The notes beneath the pieces are model-generated. The model had not been told where the DNA came from. It was given only the letters and a program-made list of their open reading frames with translations, and ran no database searches. Positions 36,900 through 50,900 of a stretch of 64,000 nt of DNA are shown here, one piece after another (within the stretch, counting starts at the first letter, position 1; each line of letters starts with the position of its first letter). A program made the position numbers and the translations under genes. This stretch comes from Cycas panzhihuaensis (lineage: Eukaryota; Plantae; Cycadophyta), in NCBI GenBank assembly GCA_023213395.1, contig CM041465.1:222711741-222775740 (forward strand), read 5' to 3'.

Positions 36900-39800
36900 C
36901 AAGATTCAAGCCATGGCGCCAAAGACAGCAACAAAGCTTATCCCAGAAATCTACAATGAGGTGAGTCATTTCCTGCCCCTGCAGACTATTTTGATCAAAG
37001 ACTTGTTGCAGTCGCTATGGGTGAAGTCTACTATTGAATCTTTATTGCTTAATTTGTTGGTCATCCTCTACCAGAGTCTATCCTCAAGCAATGGATAAAG
37101 GAGAACCTGCAAGTTTTTAAATGGAAGGTTACCTTGGTGAAGAACCTTTCCAAAGGTTTTTACACTTATTTTCAATGCTCAGATGCCTCCAACCAAGTGC
37201 TCAAAAGGGGGCCATAGCTATGCAGACACAACCTGTTCACATTCAACTGATGGGACCTCGCTTCTCAATAGATAATACAGCTGCATTTAAATGTCTAGTC
37301 TAGGTTGAGTTTCCCAGGCCCTCTGTACTTGTGGATCTTCATGAAAGACCACATATAGGCATTTGGCAAGTTTATTTCACTAGAGCATCATGGAAATTTG
37401 TCTTAGGCCCCATATCTAGGTATGTGCTCAGATAAACCTTTTTAAGGAGTTACCTAATCATGTAATTATTAAATGTAGCTACCAAGCCATTAAAGAAGTT
37501 GTTTTCCCAAATGTCTAGAATGCTTACTTCAAGTGCCATTCTAGGGATCATCATATTTGTATTCAACATTGCCCACTTGTCTTGGCCCAATTTGAATCTA
37601 CTGCACCAATCCAACCCAAAAGTCAGGCACTAGTCATTTGAGTATGAGAATGGGCTGATTGAGATCTACAACAAATGGAACCTCCTATCAAGCCCCGCAG
37701 GCCCAAGCCTCAACAAGTGATACATAAACAATGGTGAAGCCCTCTAACAAGCCCCCTGTAGGGACTACTTAAGATTCAAGAGTGAATAGCATGTTAAAGA
37801 AAAAGCTACAAGAGACTACACACTAGTGTCAAGACCCCCTGGATGTAGTTCCAAAGCCTGCCCACTTTTGACTTGCCTCATCCATAGAAGGGCAAATCCA
37901 AGGTAGATGAATTGAAGCCAAAGCAATCTATATGTAAGTATATTTTGATCCTCCAGTCGAGGGACAGAAGCTGAACTGGAATAACTTTTAAGTACTTTAC
38001 TCCATCCCAGAGGAAGAGGGAGGAGACCCAAAGATTCAAGAGGTCAATCATGATGTACACAACAAACAGGAATGTGTGAAGTCTTTTTCTTTGCAGGAAG
38101 TTAAATGTGTTGGTAGCAATCTTAAATCTACTTTGTCATATGTATGGCTAGGTTATGTCCCTTTCATCACTAATCATTGTGAAGGCAACGATGACACAAG
38201 CATTTTGCTCAAACCCACTCTCACACACAAGGTAGTTGTTTCTAGCTCAAACTTAAGGAATAGATGTGTCCGGCTTGGGTTGCATGGGGAGAAACTTAAG
38301 CTTGGGGTTATTAACATTTGTGCCCCTAATCTTCCCTCTAAAAGAGAAGCTCTTTGGTTTTGGTCAAGTGAGAAACTTTCAAACACCTCCTGGCTTTTTT
38401 ACAACAATTTCAATATGGTAAAATAAGTCACTGACAGTGTTGGCAGTAGACCTTTTAAATGGCATCAAGATGAAAAATGTGCATGGATGCAACCAAAAGC
38501 CAACCTTGGTCTGTATGATGACAATGTCAATAGGCAACCTGAAGACATCTAGCTCACATAGTCTAATCTTCAATTTTATGTTTCCTTTTAAATTGAGAGA
38601 GGGCTATCTAACAACCTTCAAAATTGATCACAACAAAAAGGAAGTGCCTAGTTTCACACTTAAGAGAGCACAAGGTAATATGATTTCATCAAACATACTT
38701 AGCATAAAAGATTGGTAGCAAAAGCAATAACTAGTTAGTCATCATTTGTTAGAATTTTTTTTCAACTTGTCAAGCCAATCATTGACCCTTTTAAGCTCTT
38801 AAACCATAGCTTGAATTATGCCTAAAGATTCTTGAACCCACTCAGAAATATTATTGCTACTACCAACACTAGTCATAGTAGAGGAATCTGAGACCATTTC
38901 TTGAGAAATAGGTGAAGACTGAACTTCCTAGATTATCATCACTACATCTTTGTTGTTGATGATAGCTAGTGTCTCAAGCAACTATCCAACACTCAACCAT
39001 TAAATCAGGGCTTCTTGCACCAATTGAGCTATTTGGTAACCAATCACATTCCACCCAAGGAAGTATCATTTGGAAACTATACAATGGGGACCCAACCTTT
39101 CCCTAGAGCAACCTATTGCAAATCCCCCTAACAAGATTAACCTTAAGGCAAATCTTTAGTTTCAAAACCACTGCTTGCCCTTGTCCAACTAGAGCATTGA
39201 CTAGTGTTGTAAACAAAAAAATACAACACAAATAAAAGAAGCAATGATGAAAGTGCAGAAGAGAAAGACAGCAGTACTTATTTGGTCTGAATGCCAGGAT
39301 CCCAAGCATCACGTGGGCAATAGTCCTAGGAGTCCACTATTGCAAATGTTATCCTCTTTGAGGTGAGGAGTCCTGTTGCTTGTCCAAGGGGGCGCCCAAC
39401 TACAGATCTGCCAAAGAAAAGAAGACTTTCTCTAGGCTAGTTGAGGCCTATAAATAGGAGAGTAAATAAGGAGAGGGTCAGCCAGAAGGAGAGTCGGCCA
39501 CCAAACAACCTAAATAAATACTAAAAGGTCGGCCTCAAATAGTTTTGCTACAACTAGAGCTATGTTGACTAATGATAATAATTTGAGAAATGTTTTCTAA
39601 AGGTGGTAGCCTATCCAAGTCTTAGACAATGCTACTCTATATGACCACTTTCCAATCCCCTTTCTTATTTCTTTTGGGTGGGGAGGAGGTGTTTGGGTGT
39701 GTGGCAGGAGGAGGTGGGGAAAGAAGTAAGAAACTGAGCCAAGGAAGCTCAATTAGGCTCAATGTTTCCCGCTGTCAAACCCTATTTGCCTAAGCACCAT

Positions 39801-41650
39801 CAAACAAATATGGCACCATTCTCAATTCCCCTTATCCAACTCCAAATGGATCACTTGGGAAGTAAAGGCCATCAATAGAACTCTACTTTGTCTTTATGCA
39901 CATATGGCAAGCAATCAAGTCTCATCAAAAAAAAACTTGAGGGGAAGACCCAAAAAGTTGGTTGAGATTAGACCTCTCCTCAAATTAAACCCATTCAACA
40001 AAACCTTTTTGAGCCCAAACAACCCAACTCTCATACGAGCTTAAGTGGATGAGCTTAGGAATGACAAGCAAGCCCAAATCTATGCTAGACTTAACTGGAT
40101 TCAAAAAAAGGATGGGTGTTCAAAGTTCTTTTTTCAAGCACTAAAGTGCAAATGTTCCTCTAGAGACATTCCATGCCTCAAAACAACTGAGGGCAGCATC
40201 ACCTCTAGGGAGAACACTACCAATGAGTTTCCTTAACATTGTACCAGAGTTTTCTAAGCTTAGGAACCAACCTCAAACACTAAAGATGCTCTCCAAATAT
40301 GCCTTCAAGTTGTCTCCATTAAGTTTAGCACCTCATCAAGAGAAAGTTGCAAGGCTCCACTTAAGCTAAAAAAGCTATATGATGCACTTTAGGAAATAGC
40401 TGACAAAAAAGCCCCTATCATTAACAAATTCTCTTGTGATTTTTATAAGGTCACTTGTGATTTCACCGGCCTTGCCCTTGTTATGTTCTATCAGGGAGTC
40501 TTGTTATTGGTTCCCTAGGATCCATAATCAATCAGGGTAATGAGGGCTACAGAGGGTGATGAGCCTTGGAATTTTTAATCAAACCTATCCTTAGCCAAGC
40601 CTTACCCTAGGGTCAACGAGAGGTCTCATTACCCCCTAATATTACCCTTATCTCTCCTATAGCTATTAGGGTGGCCAGTTCCCCCATCTTCAAGAGAATT
40701 TGGGCTACATGGGAGACTTGCAAGAAATTCTTAAACTAGTAACGGAATGAGCCCAATATAGGTCTCTCAATCAAGGAACACTCCATTTGGTGGTCACTGC
40801 CACTTTAAAAGAATGGCTACTACTTGGGTCAAAATCCCTACTTTGAAACAAAATTGCTCAACATGAAAGGCCTCAAGACATTAGAGCAGTTATTTGATTA
40901 GGGAAGACAAACATGGAGATATTGGACTAATATCAATCAATTATCCATCTCAAAGGCCCTAACAAGTTTGCTTTGGAGAAAATCTGGAATTGCTTCCCTA
41001 TGTCGCAAGTCCTCAATCTGCACTAGACCTAGAATTGCTCTAAATCTTTTTCAAAATTCTCCATGTCCCATTTATATACACTCCTCCTTACTCTACAAGG
41101 GAGTGATAGGCTAAATAAGATCTACAAATGTAACAATGAGAGAGTGTGGGGCAAAAGATTTGAAAAGTTGTGGCAAGCCTCCCTTAAACCAAAAAGGCCT
41201 TTTTTGCTTGGTCTTTAATTCATAATGGTTTTTCTATGAAATCCAAGCTAGCCAAATGTCAAAACACTCACCTAGCTTGTGCCATTTGTGGTCAGCTAGA
41301 CACCATCATACATCTATTCTAGTAGTGTCCATTAGACAAGTCTACTTGGTCATAAGTACGTGCGTTTTCTAATAAACCTATTATCTTTGAGGCCTTTAGG
41401 TGGAATGCTACACTCATTGGAGATAATAAATCATTTTCTCAAACCTTTACCCTTGTTTGGGACATTCTCAAGGTAGAGGTGCCATATAGCATATTGAGAA
41501 ACAAGAATGCCATTCTTATTGCTACTCAAACTCACTAAATTTTCTTTTACTAATATAATTCAGTCCATGGTATTCTTTAACTATGCTTCGGTATGCAAGC
41601 GAATAAGGTCTAGGCTGAGCCCTCCCATGTCCTTGAGTTCATTGATCGCT
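36900..41650 (+). mobile_element. decayed L1-like LINE (ORF1, APE endonuclease, RT N-part, zf-RVT-like C-terminus)
   Basis: ORF1 V*VEFPG and FKCHSRDH; endonuclease LQEVK, INICAPN, FNMV; WIQKKDGCSKFFF; KAP..FSCDFYK; CAICGQLDTIIHLF. Confidence 0.75.
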
Positions 41651-43872
41651 AGAGTCAGTTCCATGCACTATTAGTTGGGTGCCCCTTAAAGAAGGTAGCT
41701 CCCATCACAAAGAAGGCAGCTCACATCACAGTTAGAGTACAAATCGAAGTAGGAATGTGAATGTGAATTGTAGAAAGGAGAGATGCAAGAGGACAAGAAT
41801 GACCTACAAGACCCCTTCCCTTAAGCATGCCAAAGCAAAAATTGCCATACACACTATGGTGTAGAATTTGGGTTTTCTTACATGTCCCCTTGGGATGGCA
41901 AGTCAAAGATGTGGTGAATCCTAATACTATAAAAATCAAAGCCAATCCATCATTTATCTTATGATACACCTTTTCTAATTCTAGGAGTACAACCAGTTAT
42001 CCCTCATCAAATAGTACTCCACATCAGAGTAGTCGAAGGATGAGTCGTCTAATTCTCCATACACCTAGCAATAAGGACACGTGAAAAGAAAGTGTTTAGA
42101 CATTCAAAACTTTTGGCCACAAGGACCTCTCTTCCAAAAATCTTTCCTTACAGTTCTTGTTTTTCAGATAAAGCATAAAAGGGACTCCAAACCACTTAGT
42201 AAATGTCAAAACACACCCCCTGAAAGTAAACACCTGTGAACTGTGATGAATATATTTCGGTATGCAACTATTCATGGGAAAAGCAAATAAGTTAAAACAT
42301 GCACAACAGTAATTCAACAATAAAAAAATATGCCAATGTACAGGTTTTATGCACACTAGGGTTCTGCAATTAAAAACTCTCCTCAAACCCTTGGCCTCCG
42401 GACAAAGGGAGCAGTTCCTAATTCAGCTTCACACATCTGGCTTTCAATGATAATCCTTCTACATCAGAAAGGAATCATAATTGTTGAACCCAATAGATAA
42501 GTGATGGTATGCTCGAGATATGTCCCAAAATTGTCAATGTGAAAGAAGAATAGCTGTTAAAACCATACAATGTCTGAATCTAACCATGCTCCAAACATTG
42601 TCATTCAAATGCACTTGCTATTGCCAGAATAAATCTTCAAAATTATTTTATTGACTTGCTTGCTGCTTGACAAAATCCTAGCTAAGAGAAAATTATTGTG
42701 CTCCACAGGCAAAATTCAGATCATCTCTGATGAAGATTAACATCAATATTGGATCTGGATAAGCAAATTTGAAACAATTACTCTCTGTAAGACAATTGTC
42801 TTATCATTTTCACTGCCTCCATCAACAAACTATAAGTTTGAATCCTATGAAAAACGTTTCTGGAGTTAAACCCTTATCTGTGTACTGTGTTTTTCTTTGC
42901 ACTTAAATATACCTCATTTTCCTTATAGATTCCACTTCCTTTCAATCAATCCTTGTGAACATGCTACATAAGGCACAGATAGGTTCTCCCTTTCTACCCG
43001 AATTCTGTCTAGATGCTTAACGCCTTTGTTTCAAAGGCACTCTGCAGGAAGTAAATGTAATTTCTTATCCCTTAGAATAGTTTGGATATGAACATGCCTA
43101 GGCACTATGTGAAACTCAGCTTAGATAGATGCCATTGGTTAGTGAAGCAAATTTGAGCAGGAATGAAGAATCAACAAACCTATTCTCGATTCCAAATAAT
43201 TTGGCTGAGAGATTGTAAAGATCATTTGCTAGGAAATCAATATTCTGCAACTTGTCACTTGATCTATGAGCCACCCCCAAAATCATAGGTGGGCCTCTGT
43301 TTTACGAGAGAGGGCAAAGCAGTGCAGAGTGCAGCATCCAACCGCAGGATGTGCTGAAAAGCCAGAAAATGATGCAATGAAAAACCATAAACTATACAAA
43401 GAACTCCCCGAAGATCTGTCAGGAGAATCTGGCTTAAAGTGTTGTTTTATAAATGGTCAATGAATTGAAGGATTTCCAACAAAAAAGAGAATAAGTTAGA
43501 AGTTCATGAATCACATGATACTTCCCAATAAAAGCAGCTGCTAGATTATCAGAAATTATGACAGATACGGAAAATCATTCGCAGAAAGAGTTTGAAAAAG
43601 TGAGTATGAAAATGATCATACTAGAATAGTTTCTGCCAATGTCGGATTTTAAAAAGTCAATTTGAAAGATGTGAACTCAAATGCAAGTAATGAATTGTAA
43701 TATGAACAAGAATGCATGAATTGCAGGTACACTTGGACATGATTAGATGCTTTATGAAACTAACTCACAGCACAATGTTTCTCCCCATTACAGCAAGGTC
43801 ACATCTGACTGTTGAATATTACCACCCATATACTAGACAGATTTCCACATCTTGCTTGAAACAGTAGACCTC

Positions 43873-43988
43873 AAGCAGATAAAAATCAAGAAAAGAAGTA
43901 CAAACAAATTCCTAAGATGGGATTAAAATCAAGCAGATAAAAATCATCAAGAGAAGTACAAACAAATTCCTAAGATGGGATTAAAATA
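43873..43988. repeat. 58-bp tandem duplication
   Basis: AAGCAGATAAAAATC..GTACAAACAAATTCCTAAGATGGGATTAAAAT occurs twice. Confidence 0.9.
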
Positions 43989-44229
43989 CAGAAGAATATG
44001 CAGAAGACAGGGTAATCTTAAAACAGTTGAATCATCTTGAAATTAAGAATGCAAAAAGGCACCTACCTGAGTACTCCTCCTCAATTGTTTTTCATAATCG
44101 CATTGCACAGGTAAACATGATTCCTAGGTACACCCCACATATTCATACCGTCCTTGGCATAAAATTCAAAAATCATTGTGTGTTGATGCTACATACACTG
44201 CAGATGGGTTTAGTCATTGTTAGAAGGAA

Positions 44230-44685
44230 TGCTGCTTGCCCTTTTCCATTTAAATTTTACACACCGTATCACCTCCCATGACACAAAACCATTTATAAAG
44301 CATCCCTTCATCAACCTCAAAATAAAGAACACCTATCCAGTAACACAACTTTTAAGCTTCATTCACCCCAATAGAGTTCATTTCATCCAGATCCTATACC
44401 CAAGACTTGACATTCTCTCCCCCGCTCCATACAATGGAAAACTAAGCCTAGACAATATTTTCACAGGCGGAAACTTGACAAAAATAATAAGCACTTACTG
44501 GGAAACAAGGGAATACACTTGCCCTTTCCCGTTTAAAGTTTACACTCACCATATCACCACCCACAACACAAGATCATCTATAAAAAATTTCACCAAACTC
44601 AAACCTACTGAATAACACAACTTGTGGTCCTTATTCTTCACCTGAACAGAGTGCATTACATCTAGATCCCGTACCCAACATTTGA
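44230..44685. repeat. diverged ~280-bp duplication
   Basis: CTTGCCCTTT.CC.TTTAAA.TTTACAC, TAACACAACTT and AGATCC..TACCCAA recur at ~280-bp spacing. Confidence 0.7.
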
Positions 44686-45280
44686 GTGCTTAGGAATGCA
44701 TGAAAACCACCAATCTTGGTATAGGATGAATGCCATAGTAGAATTTTAGATATTAAGTGTGACCCAGCCCAGAGAAACATGTCACTCTACTACTAAGCAT
44801 GTGTCAACTAACATGTTCAAAGGTGCAGAAAAATCCAATGGTATCAGGAAAGACACACATCAATTTGCAAGTTGGCTAAATTTATTGTATATTGGCAAAC
44901 AATACACAGAGTCTTTGTAGACTTCTATTGGAGCATTTTTAACAAATCTTTCAATGGTATCCAAGATGGAGAAACTGAGAGAAAGTGCATTTTTCTTAAC
45001 GATTGCTGATTGTGCCTTGTCCTCTCAAGCATGCCCACAAGATTTACCATTATTGCTAAGCCGTGGGGGATTTATTCCTTGTCAAGGGAACCTTATGGCC
45101 ATCGCAGACAACATACCCCATAATCACCCTAAGAGTAGCTCTGGTAGGACTGTAGATCCATCATAGCCTAACCCAACCACAGTACTACTCGGCCCTAGCT
45201 GTAGTAGATTAGGGTGTGTGACGAAGTTCTATTGTATGTATTTTTTGTTATTGGAAACGCTGTTGTTTTATTTTCCTGAA

Positions 45281-46260
45281 GGTATGTTTGTCTCTGTAAT
45301 TTATTATGTAACATCCTGCTTGTAAGATGGAAACTTTTTCCATGCTCCATCAGGTGTTTCAAGATACACCATTTTGTTGATAAGTTTGGTAGACTTATAA
45401 TAGATGTAATTGTAAACAACAATTGTGATAGTGCAAACAATGCACTGTTTCTTTTGTAAACTCTGTAAATTGCAGCCTTCTTGATTTATAAAGAGGCAGC
45501 CAAATTGTTCAGAAGACAAAATATACGAGAGAGTGCATGATCTAAATGAGGGAGGAATAAGAGGTAGTTAGGCTAGGGAAATTTTGACTGCAGGTCAGTT
45601 TTTGCAAGAATGCCAGTTTACCAGAGCTTCGCTAGTTGGCACTTCACCGAGAACAGAGTTTTAGGGAAGTCCTTGATGGTATGAATCAGCGAAGAAAAAG
45701 TTTGTAGAGTACATGAACTTTGCAAGTTAGTGCTTTGTCAAGAAGCAGAATTTTGAACAAATCCACATGGTATGTTTGCCTCTGTAATTTATTATGTAAC
45801 ATCCTGCTTGTAAGATGGAAGCTTTTTCCATACTCTGTTAGGTGTTTCAAGATACATCATTTTGTTGATAAATTTGGTAGACTTATAATAGATGTAATTG
45901 TACAACTAAACAGAAACTGTGATAGTGCGAACAATGCACAGTTTCTTTTGTAAACTCTGTAAATTGCAACCTTCTTGATTTAATAAAGAGGCAGCCAAAT
46001 TGCTCAGAAGACAAAATATATGGGAGAGTCCATGATCTAAATGAGGGAGGAACAGGGGATAGTTAGGCAAGGAAAATTTTGATTACAGGTCAGTTTTTGC
46101 AAGAATGCCAGTTTACCAAAGCTTCACTAGTTGACACCTCCTAGAGGACACAGTTTTAGGGAAGTCCTTGATGGTATAAATCAGCGAAGGAAAACTTTGC
46201 CAAGTACATGAACTTTGCAAGTTAGTGCTTTGCCGAGAAGCAAAACTTTGAACAAGTTCA
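45281..46260. repeat. 488-bp tandem duplication (two copies), probably within the LTR/5' region of element C
   Basis: GGTATGTTTG(T/C)CTCTGTAATTTATTATGTAACATCC at 45281 and 45769, colinear to ~46260. Confidence 0.93.
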
Positions 46261-47943
46261 CGACAATTGACTTCAACAAGAGAAAGTCCACGAAGGAAGG
46301 GTTCCGTGAGTTAACTCTTCAAGGGTAGTTGTCTTGCTAGAAGAGAGTGTCAGAAGGATGAATAGCTGCAAAACGTATATCCAGGAGTGAGCAAAATACG
46401 GAAAGAGTGGAGACCATTGGATCTACAGATGCATGGTAGCATATAAGGAAGTTCACAACGAGGCTTCTCATTTGCTTGGGCCACAAGGAGAATCTTAGAG
46501 ATTTGGAAAAGGTGAAAAGTGAGTATTCACAAAGAAGGCATCAGGTGCATAGAGTGGGTCCATGTTCCCATTTGAGCATGTGGGATTACGAGTCACAGGA
46601 TGACTGACTATTGAATAGTGATAGGATGAACATCAATTGTGCAATAAGAAAGACACCTATTGACATATTGCACATCTGAGCTTTGCATCTGTGGTAAGAG
46701 CTCCGGACCAGGAGGTTGAAGAAGTTGAGTGCACGAGGCCACAAAGTGGCAAAGCGATAAGTTCACAAGCATGTGAAGTTGCGAGACATGAGAAGTCTTT
46801 GAAGTGGTGATTCTGCAAAGTGGTGAGTTTGCGAATTTATGAGTTGCAAAGAATGGAACCTCAAGGATAGCGCCACACAAAAATGACACAACTTAGTATG
46901 TAGCCACTATGTACATTCCACCCCTCAGGGGAAATCTCTCTGAAAGTACCACCAGCCTATGCATGGTAATTGAGTGCCCAGCGACATGCCAAAGTGAAAA
47001 GCAACAGAGCATCTAGATACCATGGGAGTTATGCGTAGAGGCTATCTTGGATCTTGGGAAAGGAAAGGAAAGAGGAGAGATAAGGAGACATGGAGAGACA
47101 AATGCGCAAAGAGAGCCGGGAAAGACAAAAGAATTACTATGAGTGAATGTAGAGTGAGGTAGAGTATTCTTGAATTGAATTCCATAGGGGACAATTCTTC
47201 AAGGATCTACTCCTTTAATTATGCCATCATCCTATAAAGGGCTCTAATATGGTAGGGATTATGAGCATAGGCCAAGAAAGAAAATACTTCCATTTGGGTT
47301 GCGAAAGAGCATAGACAAAGAAAGAAAGCACTTCAATTTGAGTTACGAAAGGTCAAACTGCCTACCTTCAGTGGAGAAATCGAAGATGAAGGAGAAGTTG
47401 AAGCTTAGATCATAAACATTAAAAAATGCTTCGAGCTGCATGAATTTACTTCTAATGAGAGAGCAAGAATAGGTGTGTACAATTTGATAGGGAGAGAGAC
47501 CATGTGGTCAAAACACCACAAAAAGGTGGAAAACATTCGAGAAAGGGATTTAGGTTGGAGCAAATTCGTTAAATAGTTTAAATGGAAGTACCTTTCTAAA
47601 CACTACTTTGATAAGAAAGCAAAGGTTTTCTATGATCTGAAGCAAGGGAAGATGTCAATGGAAGAGTATGAAAGGCAATTCCTGGACCACCTGCAATATG
47701 CTCCTTACATTCAAGGAGAGAAGACAAAGGTACACCAATTAATCAAAGGCTTGAATGAGAGTGTACAAAATAGAATCAAGATTCACGAGCCAAGGACTTT
47801 GAAGGAGGCCATATGCAAATCAAGGTGCTATGAAGACCAGTGAGTGAAGTATCAAAGGAAGGTCCCTATATAGATTGAGATCACAAAGGAGGAATTTCCA
47901 ACCTCATCAACAACACCAAGATGCAAGGAATTTTGGTCAACTC

Positions 47944-50900
47944 TAAGAGTCTTAGATCAAAATTGGAACCAAACAAATACTTGACACAGGTCTATCCAGT
48001 AGAATTAGTCTACCTTCAAACTAAACTTGAATTCATTAAGAATCCATTCCAATGATCAAAACACAATAATGTACAAATAGAAATACAGGCAAGATCAATA
48101 ACGGTCCACACGCAAACTTGAAACTTCCCTGACATGTGTCGTAAGCCTATTAAGGGCTTTGACGACTCATCTATCCAATATGTCCTAATATGAACATTAA
48201 TCTAACACTCCCCCTTAATGTTCATATCATTGGATTTAATGCCAATACAAAATTTGAATTTATCAAACATGTCCTTGGGTAAAGGCTTGGTGAAAATATC
48301 AACAAGTTGCTCCTCTATCAGTCTATACAAAAGCTTGATGTCTCCATTCTAGATTTGCTCTCGGATAAGATGATGATGCACCTCGATGTGTTTGGTGTGA
48401 GCATGGACACTAGATTCTTAACAAACTTCAAGGTGTTTTGATTGTCACAATATAATGTAGTCGCCTCATCCTAATGTAATCCCAAATCACCAAGCACCTG
48501 TCTCAATCAGATGGCCTCACAAGTTGCTATGATAACAACTTTGTACTCTACCTTAATAGATGATAAAGCAACATTAGATTGCTTCTTACTACTCCAAATG
48601 ACAATAGTAGAACCCACACTGAAGTAATATCATGAAGTGGACCTTTTGCTATCCTCACATCCAACCCAATAAAAATTTGAATATCCTATTAACCGAAAAT
48701 TGTTGTTCTAGCTAAACTCCAATCCTAGGTGCAGTGTCCCCTACAAATATCTCAAGATCTTCTTTGCAACTTTCCAATGGATCAACTTTGGTTCAACCAT
48801 GGACCTCAACACCATACCAACTACAAAAGAAATATCAGGTCTAGTAGTAGTCAAGTAGATCAAACTGCCAACTAGTTGTTTAAACATCATGCCATCAACT
48901 CATTCCTCATCATCATCCAAAGTTGTTAACTTTAATCCTATTTCCATGGGGGTATGTACAGATTTACAATCCTCTATTATAAATCTCTTCAAAATATTCC
49001 ATGCATACTTAACCTATGAAATGAAGATTTTCCCAAGCTTTTGCCACACTTCCGCTCCTAAAAAGTAGTGGAGCAATCCAAGATTTGTCATCTCAAATGT
49101 CTTCTTGAGATCATCCTTCAAGTCTTCAACCTTCTAGATGTTGTTCCTTGTGATCACAAGATCATCTACATACAACACTATGAAGATGATTGAATTTCCT
49201 TCACCCTTGATGTACAAGTTTGGATCAATTGGCAACCTCTCAAAACCGTTGTCTAAAAAATACGGATCGATCTTAGAATACCAAACTCTAAGAGCCTGAT
49301 TCAAGGCATACAAAGCCATCTTCAAGCAACATACCAAATGTTCTTTGCCCTAAACAACATATCCAGGTGGTTGCTCCATATAGACTTCCTCTGTAAGATC
49401 TCCTTTAAGGAAGGCACTTTTGACATCAAGCTGGTGTAACTACCATTTGAATCGAGCAGTTATCACCAATATTAATCTAATCATCATCATCTTTGCTACT
49501 GAAGCAAACATCTCCTAGTAATCAATCCTTTCTTTTTGCTTGAATCCTTTGGCTACCAATCTAGCCTTGTGTTTATCAACAGAGCAATCAAGTCTGAATT
49601 TGCTTTTATAGACCCATTTACAACCAATTGCTTGTTTGCCTACTAGAAAATCAACCAAATCCTAAGTTTTGTTCTACTCAATAGCTCAGATTTTAACATC
49701 CATTGTTGTTCTTCACTTCTATTGCTAGTTAGCCTCCTCAAAACTCGAAGGCTCATCAACATCCAAAATTGGTCGTATCAGGTCTCACCCTTGACTTTTG
49801 TTTTGCTTCTATCTCAGGCAACTAAGCTTCTACCATGGTTTTCAAATAACACTTAGGGAATTTCTTGGTAGGTGAAGTGACCTCAGGCTACAACTTTAGT
49901 TGTGCCTTCTAAGCATCTTCATACTCCTCCTCCTCAACTTCGTCCTCCTTTTTAACTTCATCCTCCTCCTTCAACTCAGTATTGGGCTCAACAAACTACT
50001 AACTCGAAGAACTAGATTTAGGTTGTTCCTCGATTTGCTCCCCTTTGTCTTGCCAAATCTTCAAAGTATCCAAGTTTTGAACCTGATCTGAACCCTGATT
50101 CTCAACTTCTTCAAACATGATATCTCGAGTTGAGTGTAACTTCTTAGTTGCCAACTCATATACTCAGTACGCTTCACTTTCTTCGTTGTATCCCACGAAG
50201 ATGCATTTAAAACTTTTATCATCAAACTTATGGTGTTTCTCTTTAGGAACATGCATATATGCCATGCTTCCAAAGATTCTAAGATGGCTCACTATAGGTT
50301 CACATCCTAACCATGCTTCTTTAGGCGTCTTATTCCATACAACTTTAGTTACACTCCTATTAGTCAAATACACTATTGTACAAACAACTTTAGCCTAAAA
50401 GATATCTGAGAGGTTCTTTGCCTTCATCATCAATTTGGCCTTGTTGACCAACATTCTATTCATTCTCCCAGCTACTTCATTCTATTATGGGGCGTATGTT
50501 GTCATTGACTACTTTTTTATACCATGGTCCTTGCAAAACTAGACAAAGGAATTGGAAGTGTATTCTCCCCCATTACTTGATCTAAGTATCTTAATCCTTT
50601 GACCGATTTCATTCTCCGCTTTCACCTTAAATTCCCTGAATGTGTCAAATGTCGGGGACTTCTCCTTTAAGGGATATACTCAGACTTTCTTGGAAAAATC
50701 ATCAATAAAGGTCAAGAACTATCTTGCACCTCTAAGAGCAATGGTTGGCATAGGACCACAAACATTAAAGTGGATTGGGCTCAAGTTTTTAGCTACCCTC
50801 CAAGCCTTACCTTTACAAAACTTCTCCCTATGCTACTTCCCATAAATATAGAGTTCACAAATACCCTTCTCTGCCTTAAACTTCGAAAGACCATGCACCA

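Noticed and set aside
39103-39312. Inverted LINE ORF1-like fragment (LKICLKVNL) inside the LINE
   Set aside because: A single weak motif; boundaries not definable.
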